From Octopus sinensis (Eukaryota), in assembly GCF_006345805.1 (NCBI RefSeq), contig NW_021833087.1:1-55546 (forward strand): a stretch of DNA of 55,546 nucleotides. The letters run 5' to 3'. The notes under the pieces were generated by a model that had not been told where the DNA came from, searched no databases, and was given only the letters and a program-made list of their open reading frames with translations. This document shows, piece by piece, positions 54,130 to 55,546 of this stretch (the first letter of the stretch is position 1; the number at the start of each line of letters is the position of its first letter). Position numbers and translations under genes: made by a program.

Positions 54130-54780
54130 GTATTGGTGGACGCGTCTGAAGGATTGGAGACAAACACTTTCCTCTCTGGTCAATCTCTCATCACCTTCTT
54201 CAAGTACAACTTGAAAAGGAAAGTGAGAGTAGAGAGGCAAGTTTTGTCTAGCGAATGTTTTAAAAAAAGATGGGTGAATGTAGCAAGGATGGCACTTATG
54301 AATGACGAAGCCACCTTGAGCATGATCCTATGAACCCAGAAATTGAAAACAGAGGGTTACCCACTTGCAAACAAATGTGGTAACATATAACAATATTGAC
54401 CAAGGTTACCGTGGTCTTTATCGTAGGCTTTTCTTCTCACGGATAAACCTTACTCTTTCCCCTTACACCATATATCATAACACTGTGATACACGATCCCT
54501 ATTGATCGTTTCTTTTTTTTGCCTCTTCTCCTTTTTTTTTTTCCCCTTTTTTCTTCTTTTTCATTTCTTTTCTTTGTTCCTTTTCCTTTTCTTTTTTTCT
54601 TTTTATTCTTTTTATTTTTTTTTTATTTATATTTATTATTTTTTGTTCTTTTCTTCCTTTTTACGATCCTCTTGATCGAAAACCTACGCCACCTCTTTTT
54701 TTTTTCATCCCCCAAAGAAAGCTCTACCTTGTAACTTGTCCCATCTGTGTGCAGCCCTTTGGTGGCCAATAAAGAAACTT
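54129..54780 (+). mobile_element. Tx1 LINE, more 5'-truncated (copy 3)
   Basis: About 8 differences from copy 2 over the ~200 shared coding nt (manual count); stop at 54331-54333; AATAAA at 54768-54773. Confidence 0.9.
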
Positions 54781-54785
54781 ATCTG

Positions 54786-54833
<48 letters not shown>

Positions 54834-54836
54834 CTC

Positions 54837-54885
<49 letters not shown>

Positions 54886-55074
54886 GTCAGCTGTTCTGTC
54901 TGACTCTTTCTCTCACTTTTTTTCTTTCTCTCTCTCTCCTTATAATTCTAAATGTATTTTATTCCGTGTTTCCTTACAGAGTGGTAATGCTTAAATCAGT
55001 TGTTTTATTTATCAGAGACAACTGATGAGAAGATAGGTATGTAAATATACATACATACATACATACATACATAA

Positions 55075-55110
<36 letters not shown>

Positions 55111-55546
55111 ATATGTACGTATATATGTATATATGTATGTATGTATATGACAGCGTATATGTACGAATGCGCCCGTATATGCTTGTTAAAGGAGGGGAGG
55201 GCTATCTTCGTGACTATGATTTGTGCCATCCTTGACGAGTGTATATGTCAATATGTACTCAATGCCAAACGTAATTCTAATTTCACATAACACCAACAAC
55301 TAAACCGCACATTTTCACCACACGAATAATATAATATATATATACATATATATATATATTATATATATATATATTATATATAATATATATATATAGAGAG
55401 AGAGCGAGAGAGAGAGTGAGAGAGAGATAGAGAGTGGAGAGAGAGAAAAGCACTGAGAGAGAAAGATAGAGGCATAAATAATTAGGTAGATACATGTGTA
55501 TGTATCTATCTATCAATCTTTCAATCTATCTTCCTGCCTGCCTGTC

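Overview
This 55.5 kb window is eukaryotic, AT-rich, microsatellite-saturated non-coding DNA. It is most likely intergenic or intronic sequence from an octopod cephalopod (Octopus sp.); this is based on recalled SINE families and repeat style, not on a database search. I could not support any host protein-coding gene, tRNA, rRNA or CRISPR array, and almost all ORFs in the supplied track are microsatellite read-throughs. The window holds many copies of three tRNA-derived SINE families. It also holds decayed LINE 3' ends (L1/Tx1, R4/Dong-like RLE, L2/CR1-group, CR1, RTE), Tc1/mariner fragments, two non-autonomous Helitron-like elements and Penelope-like termini with hammerhead-like cores. The most notable structures are: (1) three separately 5'-truncated Tx1 copies stacked head-to-tail inside one (TATC)n tract; (2) a ~480-bp tandem array that folds back into an inversion between two (TA)n tracts, possibly an assembly artefact; (3) a near-complete hammerhead-like relic and a 59-bp hairpin; (4) an RTE C-terminus with three C2H2-like fingers; (5) two mariner inverted dimers. 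All family assignments come from manual motif recognition and need Dfam, Repbase or RepeatModeler confirmation.
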